Shown here piece by piece: positions 53,146-63,283 of a stretch of 64,000 bases of DNA. The position numbers and the translations under genes were made by a program. The stretch is from Escherichia coli (GTDB taxonomy: Bacteria; Pseudomonadota; Gammaproteobacteria; Enterobacterales; Enterobacteriaceae). The notes beneath the pieces were generated by a model. That model was given only the letters and a program-made list of their open reading frames with translations. It was not told the origin of the DNA and made no database searches. The stretch is from the NCBI RefSeq assembly GCF_048403405.1, contig NZ_CP183129.1. One strand, 5' to 3'. How positions within the stretch are numbered: the stretch's first letter is position 1; every line of letters starts with the position of its first letter.

Positions 53146-55782
53146 TTAACGACATTCAGCTGATAGCTGGGTTAATAACTGCTGCTGACTCTCTGGTGGC
53201 AGTTGATAATTGGCGACACAGTGAGCATTTTCCTCTTCTCCCCATTTCACCTGAACTTTTCCCGCTAAAGGCATTCCGCTGAGGTAAACCTGACCATTAT
53301 CCGCAACAATGCCGCTACTCTGGCTACTCTCTGATGTCACCATCGCCCCAAACGGCAGCGGCTTATTATTGTGGGTTAGCGTCATGAGCAGTTTTATCCC
53401 AACGCGCGCTTTAAACTCTGCTCGCACGATCGCCCCACGGGTGGGAACAACGTTAGCGACCGCGTTATCTAAATCGACGTTATCAGCCAGGGTATTGGTA
53501 TCCAGCGCTACTCTGTTTTCCCGATACTCAGTGGCATAAGGCAGCACGGCATAACCACGCCAGTCGGTACGCACCCCCGTCTGGTTTTCGACTTTTGCAT
53601 CTTTTGCGCCAGGCGCTTTAACAAGCACCACCGTATCGTTTAACGGCTGCCCCAGCGTTACGCCATTGGCATGAGCCAGTACCCCACCGCTGACTCCGTA
53701 ATAGAGCTGCTTAATATCATCGCTATGGCTGTAACCGATATTGGCATTGCCGTAACCACCGCGATAATTCAGCGTGGCGTAGCCTGTACTTCCGCTATTA
53801 CCATCGCCTCCCCCGGCATAGCCGGTTTGCACGCTATAGCTGAGGTTGTTGTCTTCCAGCAACGTACCGTATACGCCAGCCAGATTGGTCATCCGACCGT
53901 TGAGATCGTGTGACATGCTGTAGCTGGCACTGGCATGTCGCCACTGAGATTTACTGTCAGAACGCAGCCAGTGGCTGAAAGGAATATTGACGTTAAGCGC
54001 TAACATCTGATCCCGTCCTTTTTGCCAGGCGTTTTTCGTCAGGCTATAGCTGAGCGTCCAGTTGATATCTTCGAATGCAGTATTTAAACCAGCCTGGAAT
54101 TGCTCATCGACATTACTCGTTCCCCAATAAGTTTGATGGCTACCACTCAAATACAGTGTTGATGTGCGCCCGAGTTGCTGAGTAACGGTGAGTTGTAATT
54201 TCCCGCGTTTGTTATAAGCGAGATTGTAATAGTCGGTGAATTTCGGCTTAACCTGAATAACACCATCCTGTGTTTCGATGTTGTAGCCATTCATTCGACT
54301 GTATGTTGTATCAGCGAAATTAAAATACCCACTGGTCGAATAACGGTAACCCACTAACTGAATATTCGTGCCTGATTCATTGAGCGATTTGTTATAGAGA
54401 AAACGCACCGATTGTCCGTCATGCTGACTGTCATCGGGAAGTGTGGAATTAGCCTGCGTCATATCCACAGACAGAGCGCCCAGTGCCCCCATGTTTTTCC
54501 CGATACCGAAATTAAAAGCACGATAACGATCCGCCAGTTGCGTTCCACCATATATTGTCCAGCCAGCCGGAAGGCCGTGGAGTAATGTACTCTGGAAAAA
54601 GCGGGGTTTTTCCTGCTGCGCATTTCCACTACGGTATTCTCCTGCCGTAATGGAATAACGAGTATGCCCTTCACGTTGCAAAAGCGGGACTGACGAATAG
54701 GGTACGGTAAAGATCTGCGTGCTGCCGTCAGCCTCTTTAATCGTTACCTGCAAGTCACCACTATTACCTGCGGCATAGATATCGTTGATGGTAAAAGGCC
54801 CCGGCGGCACCGTACTATTATAAATGTCATACCCATTTTGTTTAATAGTGACCTGTGCAGTACCACGAGCAATACCGTGGATCACCGGGGCAAATCCTCT
54901 TTGGCTATCGGGTAACATATTGTCATCTGAGGCCAATTGTGCGCCGCGAAAGTTAATACCATCGAAAATATCGCCCTGGGTATAACCATCACCCAGCGTC
55001 AGCCGGGAACGTAACGGAATTATGTCTCGCTCAAGCCAGGTATTGATATGCTGCCATTTATTTTTGCTACCTGATGAACTGTCGCTACTGTTATAACTCC
55101 AGGTGGTATTGTCGCGTAAACGCCACGCACCAATATTTAGCCCACTCTGTAGGTTTAAATATGCATAATGGCTGTTACTACCAATCCGATTCTGTACACT
55201 ATTTCCGCTGAAATTATAATTGAGCAAGCCTGCATTAATACCGGGATCCCACAACTCAGGAGGAATATATCCACGCGCGCGATTACTCATAAATGCCTGA
55301 GGGATCGTCAGGTTGAGTCGCTGCTGACCAACATCTAAATGCGCAGTAGCGTCATGGATCATTGAGGTTAATGGCACGCAGGCATCATCCGCCAGCAGAT
55401 TCATACCGGAGACAGAAGCCGTATTCAGCCCCATACTGGCAAGTTGCACGCGTGTCAGGCAGGGAACAATCCCTTGTTCACTGTCGCCCGTGTTAAATGT
55501 GACATCACGCGTTGCCATATAAGCATTATTCAAATAGATATCGACGCGATACGTCCCTGGCGGTAATTCTTGCCCATTTTCAAAACGCGATAAATCGGCC
55601 ACAGCCTGGGGATCATCCGCTAAAAAGCGCGGATTAAAATAGAGTTCGGCAGATGACAAAGGTGCCTGTGCGGCAAAAGCACAGGCGACAAAGAGCCGGA
55701 CAAAAAGACCAGCCAAACGATGCTTACGAATATGCAAGCATTGTGTGTTTCGCTGGTAAAGTCTTAAATTCAGATATGACAT
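53146..55782 (-). CDS. fimD: Type 1 fimbrial outer-membrane usher
   Basis: 878-aa usher-family protein. Confidence 0.95.
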   Translation of the reverse strand: MSYLNLRLYQRNTQCLHIRKHRLAGLFVRLFVACAFAAQAPLSSAELYFNPRFLADDPQAVADLSRFENGQELPPGTYRVDIYLNNAYMATRDVTFNTGDSEQGIVPCLTRVQLASMGLNTASVSGMNLLADDACVPLTSMIHDATAHLDVGQQRLNLTIPQAFMSNRARGYIPPELWDPGINAGLLNYNFSGNSVQNRIGSNSHYAYLNLQSGLNIGAWRLRDNTTWSYNSSDSSSGSKNKWQHINTWLERDIIPLRSRLTLGDGYTQGDIFDGINFRGAQLASDDNMLPDSQRGFAPVIHGIARGTAQVTIKQNGYDIYNSTVPPGPFTINDIYAAGNSGDLQVTIKEADGSTQIFTVPYSSVPLLQREGHTRYSITAGEYRSGNAQQEKPRFFQSTLLHGLPAGWTIYGGTQLADRYRAFNFGIGKNMGALGALSVDMTQANSTLPDDSQHDGQSVRFLYNKSLNESGTNIQLVGYRYSTSGYFNFADTTYSRMNGYNIETQDGVIQVKPKFTDYYNLAYNKRGKLQLTVTQQLGRTSTLYLSGSHQTYWGTSNVDEQFQAGLNTAFEDINWTLSYSLTKNAWQKGRDQMLALNVNIPFSHWLRSDSKSQWRHASASYSMSHDLNGRMTNLAGVYGTLLEDNNLSYSVQTGYAGGGDGNSGSTGYATLNYRGGYGNANIGYSHSDDIKQLYYGVSGGVLAHANGVTLGQPLNDTVVLVKAPGAKDAKVENQTGVRTDWRGYAVLPYATEYRENRVALDTNTLADNVDLDNAVANVVPTRGAIVRAEFKARVGIKLLMTLTHNNKPLPFGAMVTSESSQSSGIVADNGQVYLSGMPLAGKVQVKWGEEENAHCVANYQLPPESQQQLLTQLSAECR

Positions 55783-55847
55783 TATTCCTCCGGTTTAAAT
55801 CACCCGGCAGTCAATTCTTTTTATTCAGGCGAAAAATTCCCCCTGCG

Positions 55848-56573
55848 TTATTCCATTACGCCCGTCATTTTGGGGGTAAGTGCGCCATAATCATTTATTG
55901 TTCGGTAAGTAATATTGCTTCCTGCATCAGAAGGCAATTTAACCGTGCTTTCGCCCATTGGAGGCACCAATGCATTTTCAAGAACCCGGGTTCCGGCATT
56001 CAACTCTGTTACCGTCAGGTAATAGGGTGTCGGGTTAATCAGCGTCAGAGAATTCGCGCTACGACGAAATCTTAATTTTTCTGCGGCCTGATCGGGTGGC
56101 AACGCTAATTTAGCCGGGCGATAGTACAGTTTAATGCGGCTGATAATTGCGAGCTGTAGCGTATTCTCAGTCAATTTTGATTTATCCATTGACGGAATCG
56201 CTTTAACATTCATCCAGAATAAACTTTCCCGATCCTGTGGCAATTGGTTATTTGTTGCATCAAGAATACGCAAGATATTCTCTCTTTTTCCCTTCATCGC
56301 AAACAGAGGAGGCGTCACGATAAAACGACCATCCTTTACACCATCGGCATTTTCCACCCATGATTGAATTAAATAGGTACTATTTTCATCATTATTTGTC
56401 ACGGCAAGTTGCACTTGTTTTTGCCCTGCCGGATAAATTACGCGAGTCGCACCTAAGGCCACTCCCGCTTCAGCGCGTCCGGCAACCATCATTGCCATGA
56501 ACATCAGGATACCTGCCAGCAAGCAGAATGTTATTTCCTGCGATTTCCTTACATTGACGTTTTTATTACTCAC
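55848..56573 (-). CDS. fimC: Type 1 fimbrial periplasmic chaperone
   Basis: 241 aa PapD-like chaperone. Confidence 0.95.
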   Translation of the reverse strand: MSNKNVNVRKSQEITFCLLAGILMFMAMMVAGRAEAGVALGATRVIYPAGQKQVQLAVTNNDENSTYLIQSWVENADGVKDGRFIVTPPLFAMKGKRENILRILDATNNQLPQDRESLFWMNVKAIPSMDKSKLTENTLQLAIISRIKLYYRPAKLALPPDQAAEKLRFRRSANSLTLINPTPYYLTVTELNAGTRVLENALVPPMGESTVKLPSDAGSNITYRTINDYGALTPKMTGVME

Positions 56574-56609
56574 TGTCCTGTTCCTGTTATCACATTATCT
56601 GCTGAACAA

Positions 56610-57149
56610 TTACTGATAGGTTAAAGAGAACCAGGCCTGGGCATTGGCGATGCCGCCAGTAACCCGACGCCCGGTAGCACGATATTTGGCGATGAAATGT
56701 AGCGAAGTAGAGCCTGAGTAAAGCCGTTTCCAGTTTGCTGGAGGACGATTAATCGGTACGAGGTTTCCTTCATCATCAAATAACGCTACGCCAATATTTG
56801 TGGCTATCCCTGGCCCCTCTCCCACGGAAAGCACATCCGGATTTTTACCATCCGCGACACCGTGAAACGCCACACCCACACGTTCACTCACCACCGTGCT
56901 ACATTCCCGTAAATGAATAACAAAAGGCACCGGTGCGCTATCTTCCCCTACCGCATGAAACCGGTTACTGCTGATTTGCCCCATATTGACCGTCATTTGT
57001 TTATCACCAGCTTCAACTCGGCAAGTTTCCGCAATAATGACGCCCTGAAATTGCATATTTCCGCCGGGCAGCGTGGTATTCCATTTATTTCCGGCCAGAG
57101 CAAACATTGGCAGTAACGACGCTAATAGAAATAATCTCTTCCTTTTCAT
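56610..57149 (-). CDS. fimI: Fimbrin-like protein FimI
   Basis: 179 aa from the internal Met ([19 protein letters not shown]...); the ORF track extends upstream to 57281. Confidence 0.8.
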   Translation of the reverse strand: MKRKRLFLLASLLPMFALAGNKWNTTLPGGNMQFQGVIIAETCRVEAGDKQMTVNMGQISSNRFHAVGEDSAPVPFVIHLRECSTVVSERVGVAFHGVADGKNPDVLSVGEGPGIATNIGVALFDDEGNLVPINRPPANWKRLYSGSTSLHFIAKYRATGRRVTGGIANAQAWFSLTYQ

Positions 57150-57213
57150 CGTTATTTTTATCGCACAAGGGTGGGCATCCCTGCCCGTAATGACGTCCCT
57201 GAACCTGGGTAGG

Positions 57214-57768
57214 TTATTGATACTGAACCTTGAAGGTCGCATCCGCATTAGCAGCACCCGGGGTTGCCTCGCCGATTGCATAATAACGCGCCTGGAACGG
57301 AATGGTGTTGGTATCGTTATTCAAGGTTGTTTGTGCACTAAATGTCGCACCGTCCAGCGTCAGCTCATTTCCTGTTCTGTCCAGTATCTGTACACCAACA
57401 TTTGTTGCGCTACCCGCAGCTGAACTCTGCAGAGCCAGTACTTTAGGATGAGCACTGTCAATCGCAGTCCCCAAGAAGGCAACAGCGGCTTTTGTGGCAA
57501 CACTGGTATCGCAATCATTCAGCTGAATGTTAAAACCGACAGCAGAGCTGGTTGCTCCAGTCTGCTTCAGACTAGCGGTACGAACCTGGCCCAACTGAAC
57601 GGTTTGATCAACAGAGCCTGCATCAACTGCGCAAGCGGCGTTAACAACTTCCCCTTTAAAGTGAACGGTCCCACCATTTACCGTCGTGGGTGTAGTTTCA
57701 GCCAGAGCCGCTGTAGAACTCAGGGACAGAGCGGACAGAACAACAATTGCCAGAGTTTTAATTTTCAT
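57214..57768 (-). CDS. fimA: Type 1 fimbrial major subunit (variant allele)
   Basis: 184 aa; signal peptide and pilin C-terminus ...ATFKVQYQ; the central region differs from the K-12 allele as I recall it. Confidence 0.9.
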   Translation of the reverse strand: MKIKTLAIVVLSALSLSSTAALAETTPTTVNGGTVHFKGEVVNAACAVDAGSVDQTVQLGQVRTASLKQTGATSSAVGFNIQLNDCDTSVATKAAVAFLGTAIDSAHPKVLALQSSAAGSATNVGVQILDRTGNELTLDGATFSAQTTLNNDTNTIPFQARYYAIGEATPGAANADATFKVQYQ

Positions 57769-57887
57769 ACTGCTTTCCTTTCAAAAAACTATTTCTAAAT
57801 CGACATGGGCAGTCGTTCTGTACACTTTGTTTTGTCAACGAGTTTGACTGCCAACACTGCACAGTTTTCCCCCAAAAGATGAAACAT

Positions 57888-58201
57888 TTGGGGCCATTTT
57901 GACTCATAGAGGAAAGCATCGCGCACAAACTTTTTCAGTTTATTTGTTGGCTTAATATTCTATTGTTATCTTTATTTATAGATTTTTATATTGCATGAGG
58001 TGGTTTTTGGAGAGAAGAATGAGGAAGATGCGTCGAGCCACAGAAACGTTAGCTTTACATTTGGCGGAGGTGATGTGAAATTAATTTACAAGAGAAATAA
58101 TTTACATATCAAACAGTTAGATGCTTTTTATCGTTTTTTAATATTTTTATGCTTGAGAAAAAATACGTAACTTATTTATGATATGGACAGTTTGGCCCCA
58201 A
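57888..58201. promoter_or_regulatory. fimS: fimS invertible phase-variation switch bounded by 9-bp inverted repeats
   Basis: TTGGGGCCA at 57888-57896 and its inverse TGGCCCCAA at 58193-58201, 314 bp end to end, lying between fimE and fimA. Confidence 0.85.
58153..58183 (+). promoter_or_regulatory. sigma70 promoter inside fimS (TTGAGA-N18-TATGATA), directed towards fimE
   Basis: -35 TTGAGA at 58153-58158 and -10 TATGATA at 58177-58183 on the + strand, just inside the fimE-proximal inverted repeat; points away from fimA. Confidence 0.5.
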
Positions 58202-58248
58202 TTGTCTTGTATTTATTTGTTTTTTAACTTTATTATCAATGAGTTAAA

Positions 58249-58845
58249 TCAAACCTCTTCTCTTTTTAATTTTTCGTTTATGAGATTATTTCTTTCCCAT
58301 AATCCGGCAAAACGAGCAGCATTACTGGCGGTATAACGTACAGTATGGCGAATATTTCGATGCCCGAGATAATCCTGAATTAAACGGGTATCGGCACCAC
58401 GCTCCGCCAGTTCATAACCGCAAGCATGCCTTAACATATGAGGATGAGTCTGCGTTACGGTTCCAGCTTCAATACCTGCATCGCGAATAATGCGATAGGC
58501 CTGCTGGCGAGAAAGCCGACTCCCGCGGCGAGAAATAAATATAGCGTCGGTCCGGTCAGCGCCTTTCCAGTTAGCACGTTCCTGGGTCCAGCGTTCCACG
58601 GCTTCACGCTCATCAAAACGTAACGGGTGAACGGTAGAAAATCCGTTCTTCAGTCGGCGAATATTTATTCGACCTTCATTAAGGTCAAGATCCTGATAAT
58701 GCAGATCAAGCAGTTCACTAATACGCATCCCATGCCGATATGCCAACAGAATAAGACAATAATCTCTGGCTCCCGTTGCCCCGTAACAAACCGCCTGCAT
58801 CATGGCCTGAACTTCTTTACCGGTAAGATAACGACGTTTACTCAC
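58249..58845 (-). CDS. fimE: Tyrosine recombinase for the fim switch (ON-to-OFF bias)
   Basis: 198 aa lambda-integrase-family recombinase (…HPHMLRHACGYELAERG…LGHRNIRHTVRYT). Confidence 0.95.
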   Translation of the reverse strand: MSKRRYLTGKEVQAMMQAVCYGATGARDYCLILLAYRHGMRISELLDLHYQDLDLNEGRINIRRLKNGFSTVHPLRFDEREAVERWTQERANWKGADRTDAIFISRRGSRLSRQQAYRIIRDAGIEAGTVTQTHPHMLRHACGYELAERGADTRLIQDYLGHRNIRHTVRYTASNAARFAGLWERNNLINEKLKREEV

Positions 58846-59322
58846 AATAGTAGTACTCCTGACTGAGATATATTTGAATGAATACCTATAGGAAACCTCA
58901 ATCGGTCAAAATTAGCCCAATAGATAAAAAGATAACCACACACGAAGTGATGTGGCTATCAGTCAATTACATTAAATATCATACAAAAATAAAATATCAC
59001 TGATGTGACAACATCTATTTTCATTGATTTGATTCAATATAACAATAGATTGCAGTGGATTAACTTCCAGTTGCTTAAAAAATAAAGAAAAAAGTATGAA
59101 AACAGGCGAATTTAAGTGATGTGTAAATTTATGAATGATTTTGTTTATTTATTTTGAAGAACATAAACCATTGGATTTTGTATGGGTATGGTTAACTTAA
59201 TGTTTATTATGATAATTAAGAATCACACTTACAATAACATCAATTAATAAATGGTTAATCATTTTTGATATATCGTAAGAATAATGTAGTTTTTAACACC
59301 ATCCCTGGTATCTCAACTATCT

Positions 59323-59925
59323 CTATAAAACAGCGTGACGCTGTCTCCCTCTGGCTCTATCCCAGATGCCGTAAAAACGCCCTGCATTGCTGGCGGTATA
59401 CCAGACAGTATGACGAATATTGCGATGCCCAAGATAATCCTGGATAAGTCGCGTATCTATTCCCATATTCGCCAAAGCAAAACCACACGAATGGCGTAAC
59501 ATGTGCGGATGAATCTCCAGTGACAACCCGGCATTACCGCCGGAAGTCGAAATAATATGGTAAAACTGTTGCCGAGAAAGCGGATTCCCCTTACGTGATA
59601 AAAATACCCACTCGCTCTCAGCATGCGGATAAGAAGTACGGATACTCAACCAATTTTTTAAAGCCTGAACTTCTTTGTTCAATAGCGGGTGCGTTGTTGA
59701 AAAGCCTTTTTTTAATCGATGGATATATATACACTTTGCCTTAAGATCAATATCCGAAATCCTCAATCGACAAATTTCACTCGCCCGGAAACCATGAATA
59801 AAACAAAGCAAAGTCAGACAATAATTACGTGCTGCATGAGGCCCGGTATTTGCTGCTTTAAGGAGTGACTCGATTTCACTATGGGTAAGGAAGTTCCTTT
59901 TTTTGTTATCAGCCTTATTCTTCAT
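59323..59925 (-). CDS. fimB: Tyrosine recombinase for the fim switch (bidirectional)
   Basis: 200 aa paralogue of FimE (…HPHMLRHSCGFALANMG…LGHRNIRHTVWYT). Confidence 0.95.
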   Translation of the reverse strand: MKNKADNKKRNFLTHSEIESLLKAANTGPHAARNYCLTLLCFIHGFRASEICRLRISDIDLKAKCIYIHRLKKGFSTTHPLLNKEVQALKNWLSIRTSYPHAESEWVFLSRKGNPLSRQQFYHIISTSGGNAGLSLEIHPHMLRHSCGFALANMGIDTRLIQDYLGHRNIRHTVWYTASNAGRFYGIWDRARGRQRHAVL

Positions 59926-60938
59926 CGTTTTCCCTTATAATTACAGACGCGCACTAGCTGTGCTGGGTTAGCAATAATCCAACATTTTAATCCTGATTAT
60001 GTTTATAAAAGCGAACGTTTGCTTAATAACTAACGTAAGTGGACCAGTTCTTCTGAGCGAATTTAAATGGAGTAGCGATAGTTACTTATAATAACTTTGC
60101 CATACAAACGCCATGCTCTTGCATGCTATGTACCTTTATATATTTATCAATCTGATACGAATCTAATAATAACCCTCATCATTAATGCAACTAATCTTAT
60201 CTATATATCATGTGATATGTTCTGTAACAAGTAAAATCAACATAAAAAATTCAGCAAAATTTAATATTCGTTCAACTAGCCGTCTCACATATGACATTAT
60301 TAGTCAACTCCACTTGCCACAAAATGGCTATTTCATGGAACGCAGTAATTTCTTAGTGGCTATTATCAAGCTAATTCTTAGGTCCCTAGCGATTATTCCT
60401 GGCTGGTTCGTCAGTTTAGGTCATGAGATTGTTACATTCCTTTTTATCCTGGAGATATGGGGGAACGCAGGCGACGCTTTTTCATCTACATCCGTTGGTA
60501 AATATGGCTTTGGTCACTACGACTTAAACCCTCCTCAATCACAGCTACTCGCCGGGCGATACGGCAAACAAACTAATTGAAACATCATCCTGAAAACACC
60601 AGCATCAACAAGCCTCTCCAGATCGACATCAGGAGTGACCAGTTACAAGCCACAAACCAAGAAACATATTTCATGATGAGAATTATGCTCAGCCTGATGG
60701 CGGGTAAACACTTATTTTCACCAAGCTCACTGAGTTAGCTTGCAAAGCTTTCTTTGTTTAGATTCTAAATAAATTATTTATAAAACATATAGTTAAAAGA
60801 AAATCTTTAGTTTTTGAAGACCACCGCAAGTGTTCGTCTGGCTTCACATGGCATCTGCCTCTTAGAAAAAGATCGACATATTTTGTGACACGAATTGCAA
60901 ATCTGGTTTTGTTGTATAGATTGCGTGATTTTTGATCT

Positions 60939-60961
60939 GGTATAACAGGTATAAAGGTGCG
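60939..60961. promoter_or_regulatory. NanR-type operator (GGTATA repeats)
   Basis: GGTATAacaGGTATAaaGGTGCG in the nanC-fimB intergenic region, about 415 bp upstream of nanC. Confidence 0.5.
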
Positions 60962-61376
60962 CCACGATAGTCAATGAAACTGGGCATCTCGCAATCTATG
61001 GCAAACATCACTTCAGTTCTTTCTCATCGGGTGATGAAAACGCACTTCAGTCTGAAAGGAATATGAAAATGAGATCAACAGACACTCTATTTTATGACTC
61101 TGGGTAAAATGGATTGAGTAAGTGATATAGCTTACGAACATTCAAATCAATTAAACATCAGAAGAGATTTTATACTCAGGTATTTAATCTGGTTCTCTGT
61201 TTATTTAAATAATGTGGAAAGAGAATTTTCACAGGAGACCTTATACAAAAAATATAAAATAAGCTACCCGTTGCCAAAGACACTATAAGCCTGGCAAAAA
61301 ATATTACACAACATAAATGCTAATTGTTTATGCGGGCTTTGTATTGCTTTCTGTATCCTACAAATGAGTGAAATTT

Positions 61377-62093
61377 ATGAAAAAGGCTAAAATACTTTCT
61401 GGCGTATTATTACTGTGCTTTTCGTCACCATTAATTTCTCAGGCTGCGACACTGGACGTACGTGGTGGATATCGTAGCGGAAGCCATGCCTATGAGACTC
61501 GACTCAAAGTCAGTGAGGGATGGCAAAATGGATGGTGGGCAAGCATGGAAAGTAATACCTGGAATACCATTCATGATAATAAAAAGGAAAATGCCGCACT
61601 CAATGATGTTCAGGTTGAAGTTAATTACGCGATTAAACTTGATGATCAATGGACGGTGCGCCCGGGAATGTTAACGCATTTTAGCAGCAACGGCACACGC
61701 TACGGACCCTACGTAAAACTGTCCTGGGACGCGACAAAAGATCTTAATTTTGGCATTCGCTATCGTTACGACTGGAAAGCTTACCGACAACAAGACTTAT
61801 CCGGTGATATGTCTCGTGATAACGTTCATCGTTGGGATGGATATGTCACTTACCATATTAATAGTGATTTCACCTTCGCATGGCAAACGACGCTATACAG
61901 CAAACAGAATGATTATCGCTATGCAAACCACAAGAAATGGGCGACGGAAAATGCCTTTGTTCTACAATACCATATGACGCCCGATATTACGCCATACATA
62001 GAATATGACTACCTTGACCGCCAGGGTGTTTACAACGGCAGAGATAATTTATCGGAAAACAGTTATCGCATTGGTGTGTCATTTAAACTGTAG
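61377..62093 (+). CDS. nanC: N-acetylneuraminic acid outer-membrane channel (KdgM family)
   Basis: 238 aa from ATG 61377 (MKKAKILSGVLLLCFSSPLISQA...). Confidence 0.9.
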   Translation: MKKAKILSGVLLLCFSSPLISQAATLDVRGGYRSGSHAYETRLKVSEGWQNGWWASMESNTWNTIHDNKKENAALNDVQVEVNYAIKLDDQWTVRPGMLTHFSSNGTRYGPYVKLSWDATKDLNFGIRYRYDWKAYRQQDLSGDMSRDNVHRWDGYVTYHINSDFTFAWQTTLYSKQNDYRYANHKKWATENAFVLQYHMTPDITPYIEYDYLDRQGVYNGRDNLSENSYRIGVSFKL

Positions 62094-62112
62094 TAGACAG
62101 GAGACAGTCACA

Positions 62113-63219
62113 ATGAATAAAACAATAACGGCGCTTACTATCATAATGGCTTCATTTGCCGCAAACGCGTCTGTATTACCGGAAACTCCTGTGCCATTTA
62201 AAAGTGGTACTGGAGCAATTGATAACGACACTGTCTACATTGGTTTAGGTAGCGCAGGTACGGCATGGTACAAGCTGGATACACAGGCCAAAAATAAAAG
62301 CTGGACAGCGTTAGCTGCATTCCCTGGCGGACCGAGAGATCAAGCAACCTCGGCATTTATTGATGGCAATCTGTATGTGTTTGGCGGCATTGGCAAAAAC
62401 AGCGAGGGCTTGACTCAGGTATTTAATGACGTACACAAATACAACCCCAAAACCAATAGCTGGGTTAAATTGATGTCGCACGCGCCGATGGGCATGGCGG
62501 GCCATGTGACTTTTGTACACAACGGAAAGGCTTATGTTACTGGCGGTGTTAACCAGAATATCTTCAATGGCTATTTTGAAGATCTCAACGAAGCTGGAAA
62601 AGATTCAACCGCTATAGATAAAATCAACGCCCACTATTTTGACAAAAAAGCAGAAGATTATTTCTTCAATAAGTTTCTGTTGTCTTTTGATCCCTCAACA
62701 CAGCAATGGAGTTACGCTGGCGAATCTCCCTGGTACGGAACGGCTGGTGCGGCGGTTGTGAATAAAGGTGATAAAACCTGGCTTATTAATGGCGAAGCCA
62801 AACCAGGATTACGAACGGATGCCGTATTTGAACTTGATTTCACCGGTAATAATTTAAAATGGAATAAGCTTGCTCCCGTCTCATCACCAGATGGCGTCGC
62901 TGGCGGTTTTGCAGGCATGAGCAATGACTCACTGATATTTGCCGGAGGGGCCGGATTCAAAGGTTCACGGGAAAATTACCAAAACGGTAAGAACTATGCG
63001 CATGAAGGCCTGAAAAAATCATATAGCGCTGATATTCATCTTTGGCATAACGGGAAATGGGATAAATCGGGCGAATTATCGCAAGGTCGGGCCTACGGAG
63101 TATCATTGCCCTGGAATAATAGTTTATTAATTATTGGCGGTGAAACTGCAGGCGGCAAAGCGGTGACGGATTCAGTTTTGATCTCTGTGAAGGATAATAA
63201 AGTCACAGTACAAAACTAA
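62113..63219 (+). CDS. nanM: N-acetylneuraminate mutarotase (Kelch-repeat beta-propeller)
   Basis: 368 aa from ATG 62113 (MNKTITALTIIMASFAANA...); the ORF-track start at 62005 is an upstream extension overlapping nanC. Confidence 0.9.
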   Translation: MNKTITALTIIMASFAANASVLPETPVPFKSGTGAIDNDTVYIGLGSAGTAWYKLDTQAKNKSWTALAAFPGGPRDQATSAFIDGNLYVFGGIGKNSEGLTQVFNDVHKYNPKTNSWVKLMSHAPMGMAGHVTFVHNGKAYVTGGVNQNIFNGYFEDLNEAGKDSTAIDKINAHYFDKKAEDYFFNKFLLSFDPSTQQWSYAGESPWYGTAGAAVVNKGDKTWLINGEAKPGLRTDAVFELDFTGNNLKWNKLAPVSSPDGVAGGFAGMSNDSLIFAGGAGFKGSRENYQNGKNYAHEGLKKSYSADIHLWHNGKWDKSGELSQGRAYGVSLPWNNSLLIIGGETAGGKAVTDSVLISVKDNKVTVQN

Positions 63220-63224
63220 TGCTT

Positions 63225-63248
63225 CAGGGCCCCGGTAAAGGGGCCCTG
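63225..63248 (+). terminator. Candidate hairpin after nanM
   Basis: cagggcccc-ggtaaa-ggggccctg perfect 9-bp stem; downstream T-tract is weak. Confidence 0.4.
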
Positions 63249-63283
63249 CTATCAATTTATCATTTCAATTACGCGAAAATTAT

